A stretch of DNA of 64,000 bases. Origin: Phoronis australis. Taxonomy: Eukaryota > Animalia > Phoronida. The position numbers and the translations under genes are program-made. The stretch spans positions 513,326-577,325 of the forward strand of contig NMRA01000034.1 in NCBI GenBank assembly GCA_002633005.1. Direction: 5' to 3'. The notes beneath the pieces are model-generated. The model was given only the letters and a program-made list of their open reading frames with translations. It was not told the DNA's origin and ran no database searches. This document shows positions 1 to 26,600 of this stretch, in pieces. Position 1 is the stretch's first letter, and the number at the start of each line of letters is the position of its first letter.

Positions 1-690
1 GAAATCAAAGTCATCTTTCTATAAATACCTTTTCCACATAGAAGGACGCCTTAGGAATTCGTCGATGTATTTAATTCTTTCCAACTCCGGTTATCAAACT
101 TTTTCTTCGAGCAATCCTTCATTCAGTTCCCGAAATCGGAAGCTGACCATTTTGAACAATGAACGTGGTATGACGTCATTTCCCCTGATGTGCACAGTGT
201 AAAAATGGCCAGTTACTGATTTTAGGAACTGAATTGGAGATTGCTCGAAGTAAAAGTGTGATAATAGGGGTATTTGTTTGAGTTGGAAGGAATTGAAGAC
301 ATCGACGGCCTCCTAAGGTGTCCCTCTATGCGCACAAATAGTGTTTTTAACAACCTGACTTTGATGTTTTAGTCGGTGTGAGGGATAATTCGCTGAAAAG
401 CTTTCGGCGTATGAAGCTTCTATAGGAGCTACACGGTCTACTGAGGCAGCTCTAGGGACAGTGGTCAATGTCTACTTTACTAGGGGCTTCATACACCGCT
501 GGAAGCTTTTTAACAAATTGTGCTTTACACTGGTTAAAACATCAAGTCACGTTGTTATAAGTACATTTTGCACATAGTTGGACATCTTAGGAGGCCGTCA
601 ATGTCTTTAATTCCTTCAAACTTTTTTTCGAGCAGTTCTTCGTTCAGTTCCCCAAATCGGCATTTGGCCATTTTTAACACTGCGCATGCT
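1..690. mobile_element. Three alternately oriented copies of a ~230-bp MITE arm (possibly PIF/Harbinger-type)
   Basis: 1-160 (-), 194-425 (+) and 481-685 (-) are mutually similar; a further copy lies at 32199-32425. Confidence 0.65.
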
Positions 691-3600
691 AGGAAATATG
701 TATGTCAGGAGGTGCCCCTTTTTCGTGGAATGGGGGGAGTATTGTACTACAGTCTACGGAACTTCTGGTTGTGACGTACACTCCAATGAAGCCTCTCCAA
801 GCTGCTTGCCAAGTGGCATTAATTTGCCTCGTAGGTGATATGTTTGGATGCTCGACTCTCACGCTGTGTCTCAGTGTTAAAGGGTTTTTCTACAGGATGC
901 CTGAAATGCAAGATTACTAGTACGGGGTGTTGGCCCTCCTGTGTACTTTGCCAATCAATAGTTATTGCTGGGATCTGGCTCAAATTTGAGTGAAAATGTA
1001 CTGAAAATCAGAAAGCCCAACAATAACAGACTTCCTTGTCAATAAACTTTATTTATTTTTGGTCTCGTAAAAATGGATATCCAAGGTCACAGCGTTTTTG
1101 GTCAGATGACCTATAATTTGCATATTTAGCTCAAAAACAGACCGGGATGATTGCAGATGTATTTCTTTTTTATCCAATCGGCTTTTCACAAGTAACTGTT
1201 TCCATACATATTATAGTTGATTTTATCAATCAGAATGAAACTCAGTTGAGCAGTAGACTTTCCAAATCGTCCTTGCCTTTATGTATTCGCCATCCACAGG
1301 TAATGTCAACATGTAGAACTCTTTAACTGGTGGTGGTGCTTGCAAAATCTTGAACAGGTGGCGTGTCTGTGCTGCCACCTAGGTGACCTCCCATTACCCT
1401 CCATACATTTCCAAGCACATTGACTGTAATGAAAGTCAGTCTTCAGTTTCTTTGACAAATGAAGGATTGTACTGTGTCGGAAAAATCGTGATTGCCAGAA
1501 TATTAGTTTGTATTGGAAGGAGGACTTCGACCTCCAAAGACAAAGGTGACTCTATGCTGTAAAGGAACTTAAAGCTTCAATTTTCCCTGTTAACGAAAAA
1601 CAAATTAGATCTTTTATTTTCATAAACCCGCTCTTGTTATATTTCTTACCGTGGTAAGATTCTGTTTCTATTACTAACAAGAACATAGCCATCAGCAACT
1701 TGAATGCTCTTCAGATTTTACCGGGCTTGGCATGTGCACACATTGCCATTGACTTGAGTTTTTATCGAAAATGAAATTGTACATCACATTAAGGAATATT
1801 AAAGGGTCTAATTGTGTTTTCATTTTTTATCTAGCTAAGTAAGACAAAATGTAGTTTCATAGTGATGTTACTTTGGTGGTTTAGCCAAGGTGAAACTTTG
1901 TTTGCAGAAATATTTTTGTCGTACTTTGCATATTAAGATATGCCGCCACCTAACAAAATCTGAGAGAACTGACATTCACCTTTATAATTACAGCTCTTCA
2001 AGTGAAAAAAGTCTGCATTTTCTTGTGTTTCAAACTTTGTTTGAGAAAAAAGTCTTTCATCGACTTCAAAACAGTGCACTATGCATGTGTGCCAATTTCA
2101 CAAGTTTTTGCGACGTCTGTCAGGAGATGGTGACAACTATGGTGAAGAAAAAAAGTGTTGGGAAATTAAGATTGTAATAAAATGTTAACTGGAGAAAAAA
2201 GAAATTGGCCAATAGGGGACACTCTATTTCCCAAGGTTCTCCACTTTTCAAAATTAAAAGAGGTTGGATCCATGCTGGACCGCATAGGATGCGTGTGTTC
2301 AAACAAGAAAAGACTATGGCAGGGGTTTTCTCCCTATATTGATTTTAGGCAGATTCCCCCCTAAATTTTTTTTGGATTTTAGGAAATCTTTGGTAGAATC
2401 TGTAAACTTTGTGTAGTCAAAATAATTTTAAGTTTGATCATGATTGTGACACAGTAAAAATGAAAACAATTTTTATTTTATTAAGTTCAGTTCAAACTCT
2501 CAATCAATTTTCATTCAAGTGGTGAAACCCTTGGCTTCTTCAAAATATATACATTTAGTCCTCAGAGGGACGACTGCGTTATGAAGGGGCTATCAGTTTT
2601 TACACCTGTCCAGTGAAAATAACCCGCAATATTAAATGTTCTCTGCAACAAACTGGTCAGTTGTAAAGGAAATCAAGCACTCAATATTCAAAACCACTTG
2701 ATTGTGTCTTTCAGTTTAATTCGTTAATCAATAATTTCCTTTTATGTTCCCACCTGCTGGAAGATTCCACTCTGCTGAAATAACCTTCAGTATGTGGACA
2801 ATATCAAAACTACAAAGGGTGTTTATTTGACAACTTTTGTAGCAGTTGGTATCAATTCTTGTGCTGCATACTCAACTATCACCTCTGCAGTTGAAATGAA
2901 CTTTCTATATACTTCTGGAACAATAAATTTCTAATGAAAAAGTGTTTCTGTTATTCATGATTGGATAAATTTGAAAGGAAATTATGGCTAGGTTACCTCA
3001 AACCTTATTTAGTGGCCTCCATTCTAACCTGTATATAAAAAAACTAAGCTTTGTCAACTATTAAAAGTATATATTTTCTTAAAGAAAAAAGATCATGGAA
3101 TACAAAATATGTTTTGTATTTATGTATCATAATTATCGTTATGTTAACACCTTTTTTAAGTCAAAATTTCATTTTTAAGAAAGGTACATTCATAACAAAA
3201 TAACCCCTCTGTCAATTTGATGAAACATTTTATAAATGAAAACTTCACCAGTTGCCTCAAAAACGCTGTTAGGAATTTCCGGTTAGTCTTTTTTTGGTTT
3301 CTATGACAAATCAAGTTGCAAGGTATTTTTGTAAAATAGAAGCCGTATTCGTCTTTGTTACATTACGCAAAAACTAGGCCTTCATATCGAAAATCCCAAC
3401 AGCACTTTCATGATTGATGAATAAATATTAAGTTCGGAAAGTTTCAGTGAAATACACCAAGCCATTTTCTAAAACTCGTGTTCCTAAGCTCAAATTAAAT
3501 CGATTTGCCAAAGCTGAGAAAAAGCCAATTAAACTGGGACCATTGGAAATCTCAGTCTTTGGTTAATTATTCGGTGAAAACTTGTTTTCGGTCGATATAA

Positions 3601-5051
3601 CCTATACATGCCAGGTTTCATTGTGCCCAAAGCCAATGCAAATTTAACAACAAAATATTACGGAATAATGACAAGTTTTTATCACCTGCATTTGAAAATC
3701 TGACTAATTTAATGTCGCAGTCAAGTGAAATTTTATTTCCTCATTATTTCATAAAGGACATGTCCTGTCAAATTAATGCTTTACCTAGTTAAATTTGTGC
3801 TTTTGTCAGAAAATATTTTGAAAAATTGTGGGCATTCACAACAATATTCCTGAAATTCATTGAAAAACAAAAAAGGTAATTTTCACTATTTGTCCGAAAT
3901 TCGTGAGATTTTGTGGCAACCAGTTTTGCAACGAGGATACTGGACTTCACGCTATTATGCAAGAGTCCACGGTTTCATGCACCATTTTGAATACCTGATT
4001 ATAGCGTAAACAAACCTGTTCACATGCAGAACTCCCAGGCGGGACTATAAGACCTGTTAAAACCACTTTTTTGTAAAAATGCAATTATGCCTTCCCAGTA
4101 TATACAATATTGTATAACAATCATTCCTCTTTGTTTACTAGAAGTTGGAGAACATTTGAAAATACTAATTGATGTTAGTAGCGATCAGGTAATTTGCAGC
4201 CATGTTTTCACTAAGTTCACCCTAGGGCCAGTATTCATGCTGTTCTAAGTTAGCCCTCAATACAAAAACACAAATCCTTTAAATTATTGTAATTAAAAGC
4301 TTCAATGCGATAATTATCGCCATGTTTAAGATTATATGAACTTTTGATTGATGTCATTGAATTTTTTGTTTGTTTTTTATATTTTGTCTTTTTGGATTTG
4401 ATGAAAACTTGACTAGCTGTGTGGCATCTGATTTTAGGTTAATTCTGGTCTTAAATGCTTCAAGAGAACCAGGGTTGGTTCCAGTTATCGGGCAGAGCTA
4501 ATACTTTTCAATCGTGTGTGGTTCTTGGGATGAAGGATGATTTCCTGACCTTGGTTTGGGAGTGCGCGATGCAGAACAGGGGCTCATGGTGGCCATCATT
4601 AGGATGGCCAGTTTAAAAAGATGATGGCTTGGATGGCACAGCCAAGAGAGAAAAACCTGCTTTTTTTCAAGACAACCTTTTTGAAAACAACAGCTAACGA
4701 AAAAGTTTTAAAATTTGTTCTAATATGTTTTATTGAAACCTACACTTTGTTGTTTTAGTTTAAATATTTAGACGTCAATTGAAATATATTTTTACTATAA
4801 ATGTCATGCTGATCGTTGGCAAATACTGACACACATATTTATTTTGTGATGTCAGGGAGACCTCGTACGAAATCTATGCATATGGCAAGTGTCAATCTCG
4901 CGAACTTTTTCAAATCCTAGAGTCCCTGTCTGGGTTGTTATGAAGTATGATGGGTAACTGCTTACAATATTTTAAAGGGAGTTTGGGAACAGCTCTAAAA
5001 ACAGTCTATTCCTCCTCAATATACATTTGTCTTACATTTCTGTACCTTCAG

Positions 5052-19477
<14,426 letters not shown>

Positions 19478-20102
19478 CACAAGCCAGTAAACCACTGCCC
19501 TCTAGTGGCTGTATAGCTAAGGAGCCTCATGGAAAGGAGAAGCAGAAATGATACACGATGGATATCGTTCTCAATTCTTTTGGATAAAATGTTTTTAAAA
19601 CGTGATCCCAACAAGAATTTTGATCATGTATTCAGCAACTGGTCATTCTGTTAATGTTGTGGCAAATACTGATAACCTATGGTTGTTCTTGTGGTCAATA
19701 AAGTGCATGCATGTATTTAAAATGTTACGCAATGAAATATTGTATACCAGGTCTGACAGTTTTGAAAAGAGTTTCTGGTAAATGGCAAGCCACATGCGTG
19801 CTGTTCAAGGCATAGTTTATGTATAATGTACAACTTGTAAAATTATGTATAAGTATAATGCAATTCACGACGCATAAATAAGTCAATGTTTGTTTTGTAC
19901 GTATATTGTGTACAGGTTGAACAAATAAATGGTGGCATTCTGCTTCTGTGTTTTTAACAAAATTTATTGAAACAAAACAAAAACCCATAAAATCAGTATT
20001 GCTTTTTCCAACTGAGGTAAAAAGATGCTACATGATTGTATTAATCCACTCTCTGTCAAAATCTCACTTTTGGGTCACATCGTTAACACTTTATAAACTC
20101 AA

Positions 20103-20603
20103 GTCAATCTCAAGATGGCGTGGAAATTATTTTGGAAACATTTTGTCCCGTCAGCACGCCATCTTTTGGCCACATCACGTGACGTAAGGAATATAAGTCT
20201 AAAAAAATTCCTGCCCGGACCAGGACTTGAACCCAGGACCTGCTTACTGTGCAGACGCTCTAGCTACCGAGCTGGATTTTTTTCAGATTTATATTCATTA
20301 GGTCATGTGATGTGGCCAAAAGATGGCGTGCTGATGGGACAAATTTTTCCCATATAATTTCCACGCCATATTGAGATTGACATATATTATTCATATACAC
20401 TACTGGAGAACAAGTGTAAGATGCCCACTAGTGATTTGTGTTTGACCAGTGATCCCTATGGTTCAGTGGCTAAAGCGTCTGCACAGTTGGCAGAAGGTCG
20501 TGGGTTTGAGTCCCGGTCGGGGGCAGGAATTTTTTGAGACGTGTTCACTAAGTCACGTGATGTAGCTAAAAGATGGCATCCTGACGGGACAAAATGTTTT
20601 CAA
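20103..20603. mobile_element. Cluster of tRNA-derived SINE-like copies in inverted arrangement
   Basis: Body copies at 20103-20211 (-), 20274-20381 (+) and 20526-20603 (+); tRNA-like heads at 20212-20272 (-; GGTTCAAGTCC B box) and 20452-20525 (+; TGGTTCAGTGG A box, GGTTTGAGTCC B box). Confidence 0.7.
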
Positions 20604-23469
20604 CACTTATAAACTTGGTGTTGTTCTTAATAAATCAAGTTAGAGGCTATTCGTGGCCTCAGAAGAATTGCAGTTTTTGTTATTGTTGGAGATCAGGCAC
20701 AACAGCGTGGTTTGTCACAGCAGGACATTTTGTTCCCAGACTAGTAGAGAGTATTTATGAACAGTCGGTAATTCCCAGACGTTACTTTTCATTTGAGAAA
20801 GGTACACACATTGATAACAGTTTTACAGTTGGTCTAAATCAAAAATTAATTTAATATTTGACGTGGTTTTGAAAGCTTTTCAGTGGAAATGGCTTTATAG
20901 ACGAAATACAGTCGAACCTTGCGCCCTGTTCCGGTGTTGACTATTGTATGCAAGTCTACCCTGGTTGCAATTATTTATCCTTATAATATACAGACGGATT
21001 TCAAAGATTTGTTGATGTAGTGTGCTGTTACGAGGTTAGACTGCAATGGATTTCCTGGGAACATTTTAAAAATGCGATTGTCCTCGATACCATGTCTTTG
21101 GATACAGCATTAGTCAATATTTTTCCAGCATTTTACGCAGATCAGACATGACCTCAGTGGTGCATGCAAGTACTTGAGAGATATTAATTGGCTCATGCCG
21201 TAGATTGCGCGAATAAGCCCTCAATGAAATTTCTTGGTATATAAAACTTATCTAGTGTTTGTCGCGATTGCAGAAACTACTGTACAATTGCATACTTTGG
21301 TTTGATTTGGAAAGAATGTGATTAGGCTTACCATATACTGTCTTTATCAGATCAACAGTATGGCCACAGCACTACTACAACTCTCTTGCTTTGGTCAGTT
21401 TCTTCGTAATCCAGAACTTCACTCTGCTTTCAAAAGTGATTACTGTCAAGTTACATGTGGCATCAACATTGAAATGTTACTTCAATCCATCAGAATTGTA
21501 ATTCAGAATTACCATCATGACAAAAACATACAAGTGTTGAAAAATCCCATCTTTAATTAAAATTTATAATTACTTGAAACATGCCATAAAACCCAGAAAA
21601 ATAATGCAAACATTTCAATACAATTAAATGAGGCAATTGGATCAAACCTGACAAATTACAATTACAAATAATTACACAAAATCCCAAATTTACTTCCTGT
21701 ATAATCAGTAAAAAATTCATATATAATAAAATTGAGACTCATTAGACATCCTCACAACAACTAGACAAAACATCCATTTCCTATTGGCTAGAATGTGCTT
21801 AAAATTTTGGCTTAATCTCGAAAAAATCACAACATGTGCTGCTTCACGCACTTTGTTGAAATCACAGCAACTTACTGTGCAAGGCCCATGGACTAAATAA
21901 ACATTTAAGCAGTTAGGTACACTGTTACATTAAACTCCGGCTAAATTTCAACAAAAACACTATTCTACTACGAAAAAAATTTGACTAGACTGCAAAATAA
22001 TTCTGACAAGATGTTCGTCATTTGACAGAGTTTTGCCCAAGTTTGCTCATTCATTTTTTAAAAACTAACTTTAGAACAAAAGTTAAGATACTTTTGACAT
22101 CGAAAATCACTAGAGGTTTTGATACTCACAAAACAATATTCGAAGTCAGCTTACAAGTATATTTACCATGCACAGCCTTATCGAGGAAATGTTTAATTTA
22201 ATTAAAATAAAAATATCAAAAATGAATTCAGCTCACAACACTTACTAATACTAAATAATAATAAGCACCAATCCAGGATGGGGTCAAGTAATCATGAATT
22301 CCTGCTTGGTCGCTTATGTCCAAATCTCAAGCACGCTTAATGACTGTGCTTCGTCGGACCATTCTAGGACAAAATTTTGGATCCGCTACTGAATAATCTC
22401 ACATAGAGGCAACCACAAAGTTCGAGTAGACTGACAATGATAATAAACCAATGTTGGTGTTTGCGCATGCAAAGTCACACCGCAAAATAAACTACACTTT
22501 TATCTATTTCTATACCCACACCGGATTTCATAACGGTCAACGGCCACATTCTGCTGTGCATAGCAAAGAAACCTAGTATTCAAACTCTAAACTGAATTCA
22601 AATAGTAAGTTGTCATACACCAGCCGAGCAGAACCAAAACCCAAGACGATTGATTGGCTGAAGAACATAGATGGCAACTCCACCTATAAGTAGAACATAA
22701 TACAACACCCTTTTCAATTGTTTTCAATAAGCCTAAGTTTGGCTTAATGCTACCCCCATTGATGTGGGGTTCCTCAATGTACATGACAGACATGCTGCCT
22801 GTTTCATGAAAGAGACTTATGACTTAAGACCGAAATTTGGTCTGGTGCTCCACGCAACTATTTCTAAAAATAATTAAATTTCATTTGGGCAAAAGAGGAA
22901 AGTGTCTCAAAATATGCACGTAACTGCTACTTACTGATATAAGATAAATTATTTCCAGACTATGATGGTCTCATAATATTTATTCAGCGATTGTTAGGTG
23001 GGAACATAAGACCTAATTTCAGTCTTAAAGCCCAACTTCAATGGAATTCTGTTATTTTAGATATATTGGGCTAATCAGATAGTCCCCGCAAAGCCTTAGT
23101 AAAATAAGAAAGCGTGAATTCAATCACGCAAATGTAACCCCGTCAAATGATAGATGAAGCTGCCTTTTCGTGCCATGTTGCGTCACCGTGAGATCCCAGC
23201 GCAAACAACAAAAGGCCGATAACAGTTGTATTCAATAGGCATCTGAATAGAACACCGTTGCCTGCGGGTGTTATTCGCAGCTGTTTGAATTAAAAGGTGA
23301 TTCTTGCAATGACGTAGACAAAAGCAAGCCAATAGACCTAACAGTTGGCTCAGAGCGATGCTCTTAACATACTGTAGGAACCAAATTTACAGGTGTTACT
23401 GCTAAGATAGGCCTCAAGTCATTTTCCATGAAACAGACTCCACGTACGTCAATACAGAGATAACAAACG

Positions 23470-23635
23470 CTATGGAGACAGACGTTCAAATACCCAACCA
23501 TCCTCTCCTGGTTGAGTAACCTCGGTATTTATCACTTCATCATTGACGGGTCGTCGAAACCGTATCCTATCGTGAAGTCGAGTAGTTTGTCCCTGCCAGA
23601 ATTCAACTGACTCCGGTCGCACCAAATACCCACCC
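23470..23635 (-). CDS. PNPO: PNPO terminal exon ([23 protein letters not shown]...ERLSP*)
   Basis: tttag| acceptor; EFWQG..RLHDR signature; TAG stop. Confidence 0.96.
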
Positions 23636-26600
23636 CTAAAATATACATTTCACACATAACAAAAATATTTCAACAAGGTTTCAAAGACAATAGGAAATAG
23701 AAGAACGTAACTCAAAATTTCTCTTCGGCAATTTACGCACACGCTGAGTTCACTTAGCTCCTAAAAGCACAGATACAAATCAGGCAAGTGTCAATGGGAA
23801 GTTAGACTACAGAACTTGTGAGAGTTTTTACTAAAATTTTAAATGGATAAGCATTTCTTTTCGAAATTAAATATTACGTATTAATAGCGATGTAAAACAG
23901 TTATGGTTATAGCTAATACTTACACAATTAAAAATTTTAAAATTAAATCATGAAGTTGGGTTCACTGATTTTCATTTAAGAAGTCTTGTAAAACATAAGA
24001 ATGGCATGGAACCAATCTTCGGTTATGGTCGTGCATTTCTGGAAAATTTCATATTGGATTAATTGGTTTTGGCAAAAATTAACCTCAAGCACTTAAATTT
24101 TGGTCACTATCGAATATTTCTTGATTGTGAACAGTCAATGGCCCATCACTGCTCAGCAGCCAAACTACATATTTATCCTATAAATCAAACTCCCAGAAAA
24201 TATCCCACCAGAAAAGGCAAACGGTAAATACAAAGTGAAAAAAATTGCGCATTTTCTCACCAGTAGTCGGGCTTCGGCACTTCTTCTGTTTCGTCTTTGA
24301 ACTTTTGTTTTAGCTCTTGAAATTTGTCGTCAAGAACCTTTAACAGAAAAGAACACTCAACATTCACCTTAGACTCTTAAGTGTTGAAAGTCTTCTCACA
24401 CTCAACATTCACCTTAGACTCTTGAGTGTTGAAAGTCTTCTCACACTCAACATTCACCTTAGACTCTTGAGTGTTGAAAGTCTTCTCACACTCAACATTC
24501 ACCTTAGACTCTTGAGTGTTGAAAGTCTTCTCACACTCAACTAACTTCTATCATAAGAATGACTCCATTTAAGGTAAATGTCAACCTTTGTGTATTTCTT
24601 TCTTTCAAAAATTCAGTATTCACATACTTTACGAAAATATATTTCAACTGCTTCACATTATTTATCCATCTAATAAGAGAGTTGTTTGGGGGTGACTTAC
24701 ATTAATTTCAAGTATAAGGCAAACTTTTACTGGCAATTTTCAGGCTTTTTGAAATGAGAAGCTTTATAAAGCAGTTGTATAACATAAGCCAAAAGTAATC
24801 AGATACTTTTGTTTCCCTGCATGACGATTATCCCAGCTAATCTAAAAGCAAATCCTGTTTAAATCTAGCCCAGTCATGATACAGACCAGGAATTCTGTTA
24901 CCACTATGCCATTGAAACGGAGACTTCCGGGTCATTTTGTCTGATTATACCTAACATGTACTGAACATTTTGCAAAGTCTCATGTTGAAACTGCAACTTT
25001 AACTTTTTTGTGAACATCCAAAACTTCCAATTTTTCATAAACCATCATGCCAAAGAGGAACGTAAATTTTTAAGAACAATTCCTGAGTTTTGAAGAAAGG
25101 TGCACAAAGATTAGGACCTCAAACTTTACCTTCCATCTCTGATGTTCCAAAGTTAACTAAATTTATGATTTGACTAGGAATCCACATAAACTTAAGACAT
25201 AAAATCATACATTAACAGATTGATTTTTTCAAAAAATTGACTCAATCAGATTTCATTCACATACTTTTTTATTTGGTATTGCTGCACTCTGATGACTGAC
25301 ACATGCCCCGATTTGACTGTCCCTTGGGCGAGAATGAAAGTATTCTGAGGATTCCTTGGAAGACAAACGTTCCGCCTTTCCTTCTATACGAACCTAAAAA
25401 AATAATTAAGAATTTCAGTCTAAAAGTTGTCCACAATATTGAAAAGCAACATATTTAATGAGTACAAAACACAAAACCACATATCCACTCATCATTCAAG
25501 GTAAAGTAAATATTTCTTAAAACAGCTGTTTTTTGCATTGTCAAAAGCTTTTTCTTTGTGAGATACTTATTATTTAGGAAGAGCCTGTAACCAGAGAAAT
25601 TTCGTTTTCATAAAGCGAAAAGTTCATACCTGGCTTTAGAACAAACTCTAAGCATCAAATCTTACTTTATTATTTCTAATCAGTTTCAGCTTTTAACTAA
25701 GGCTGGTGAAGGGAGGCATTGAAGCATATGTGTCTGAAGATAGTTATATCTCACTTGTATCATTTAATGCGAATGGTCGCACGATGCCAGCGGAGGCAGA
25801 AAACAGAAAGCCAAAACAAGATCCACCATTAAGTTCTAAGTTCACCGACCAACATGTGACTAGGCTTTCATTTAGACATCCAAATGTACACCTTGACTAA
25901 AATTTACACAGCCTGACTGCGTGTTCAGCATTTAGACACTCAAGTACAAAGTAAGTAAACATGTTAGTACATCTGTCTCCTTTAACTTGGAGCAGCAGTT
26001 CTGAGAGCTCATTGGACTGTCCAGAATAAATAAGTTGGTTTAGAAATGAGATGAAAAAGATTTGATGCAGAACCGTGTCACCACATTAACGTAACAATGT
26101 AAAAGCGATTTGACTTGGAGTTGTAAAAACGCTGTCATGCGCATGACAGCGTTTTTAGTCATGGACACTCTAAGAAATTGGGAAACCTATCTATCTTTGA
26201 AATCCTGAATGAACTTCTGCATCTGACCTACCATTCGTTTTAAAAATTCCCAATAAAACATTAGAGCCACTTGAGGATTTTCCTCCTGGAAATATAAAAA
26301 TTCAAACATGCCATCACAGTCTTCATTTAGTTTTCTCTATATTCAGATACCAAGTAGTACTCAGGATATTATTGGCCAGTGTTATTAAGATCGTGCTATT
26401 GACCCTTTCACCGATAGCAAAAACCAACATAATAATGTGCACTCTGGAGGATAGATTTGTAAGATACCAGCCATTTAATCCAGATTCAAGAAACTATTGT
26501 CTGCTCAGTAAGCTAACGCCTGATATTGGATAGATGGTATACCGTTTACAAAATGTGAGCTTTCGACTCCATAAAATGCTAGTTTTCAAATGAAGTAAAA

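Noticed and set aside
700-5000. NMT first (ATG) exon
   Set aside because: No convincing ATG exon with a phase-2 donor was found; it probably lies upstream of the window.
20212-20525. Functional tRNA genes
   Set aside because: Heads are degenerate, I could not build a clean cloverleaf, and they are fused to a shared repeat body; treated as SINE-like.
24353-24541. CRISPR-like array (also 50040-50225)
   Set aside because: Head-to-tail tandem repeats without spacers.
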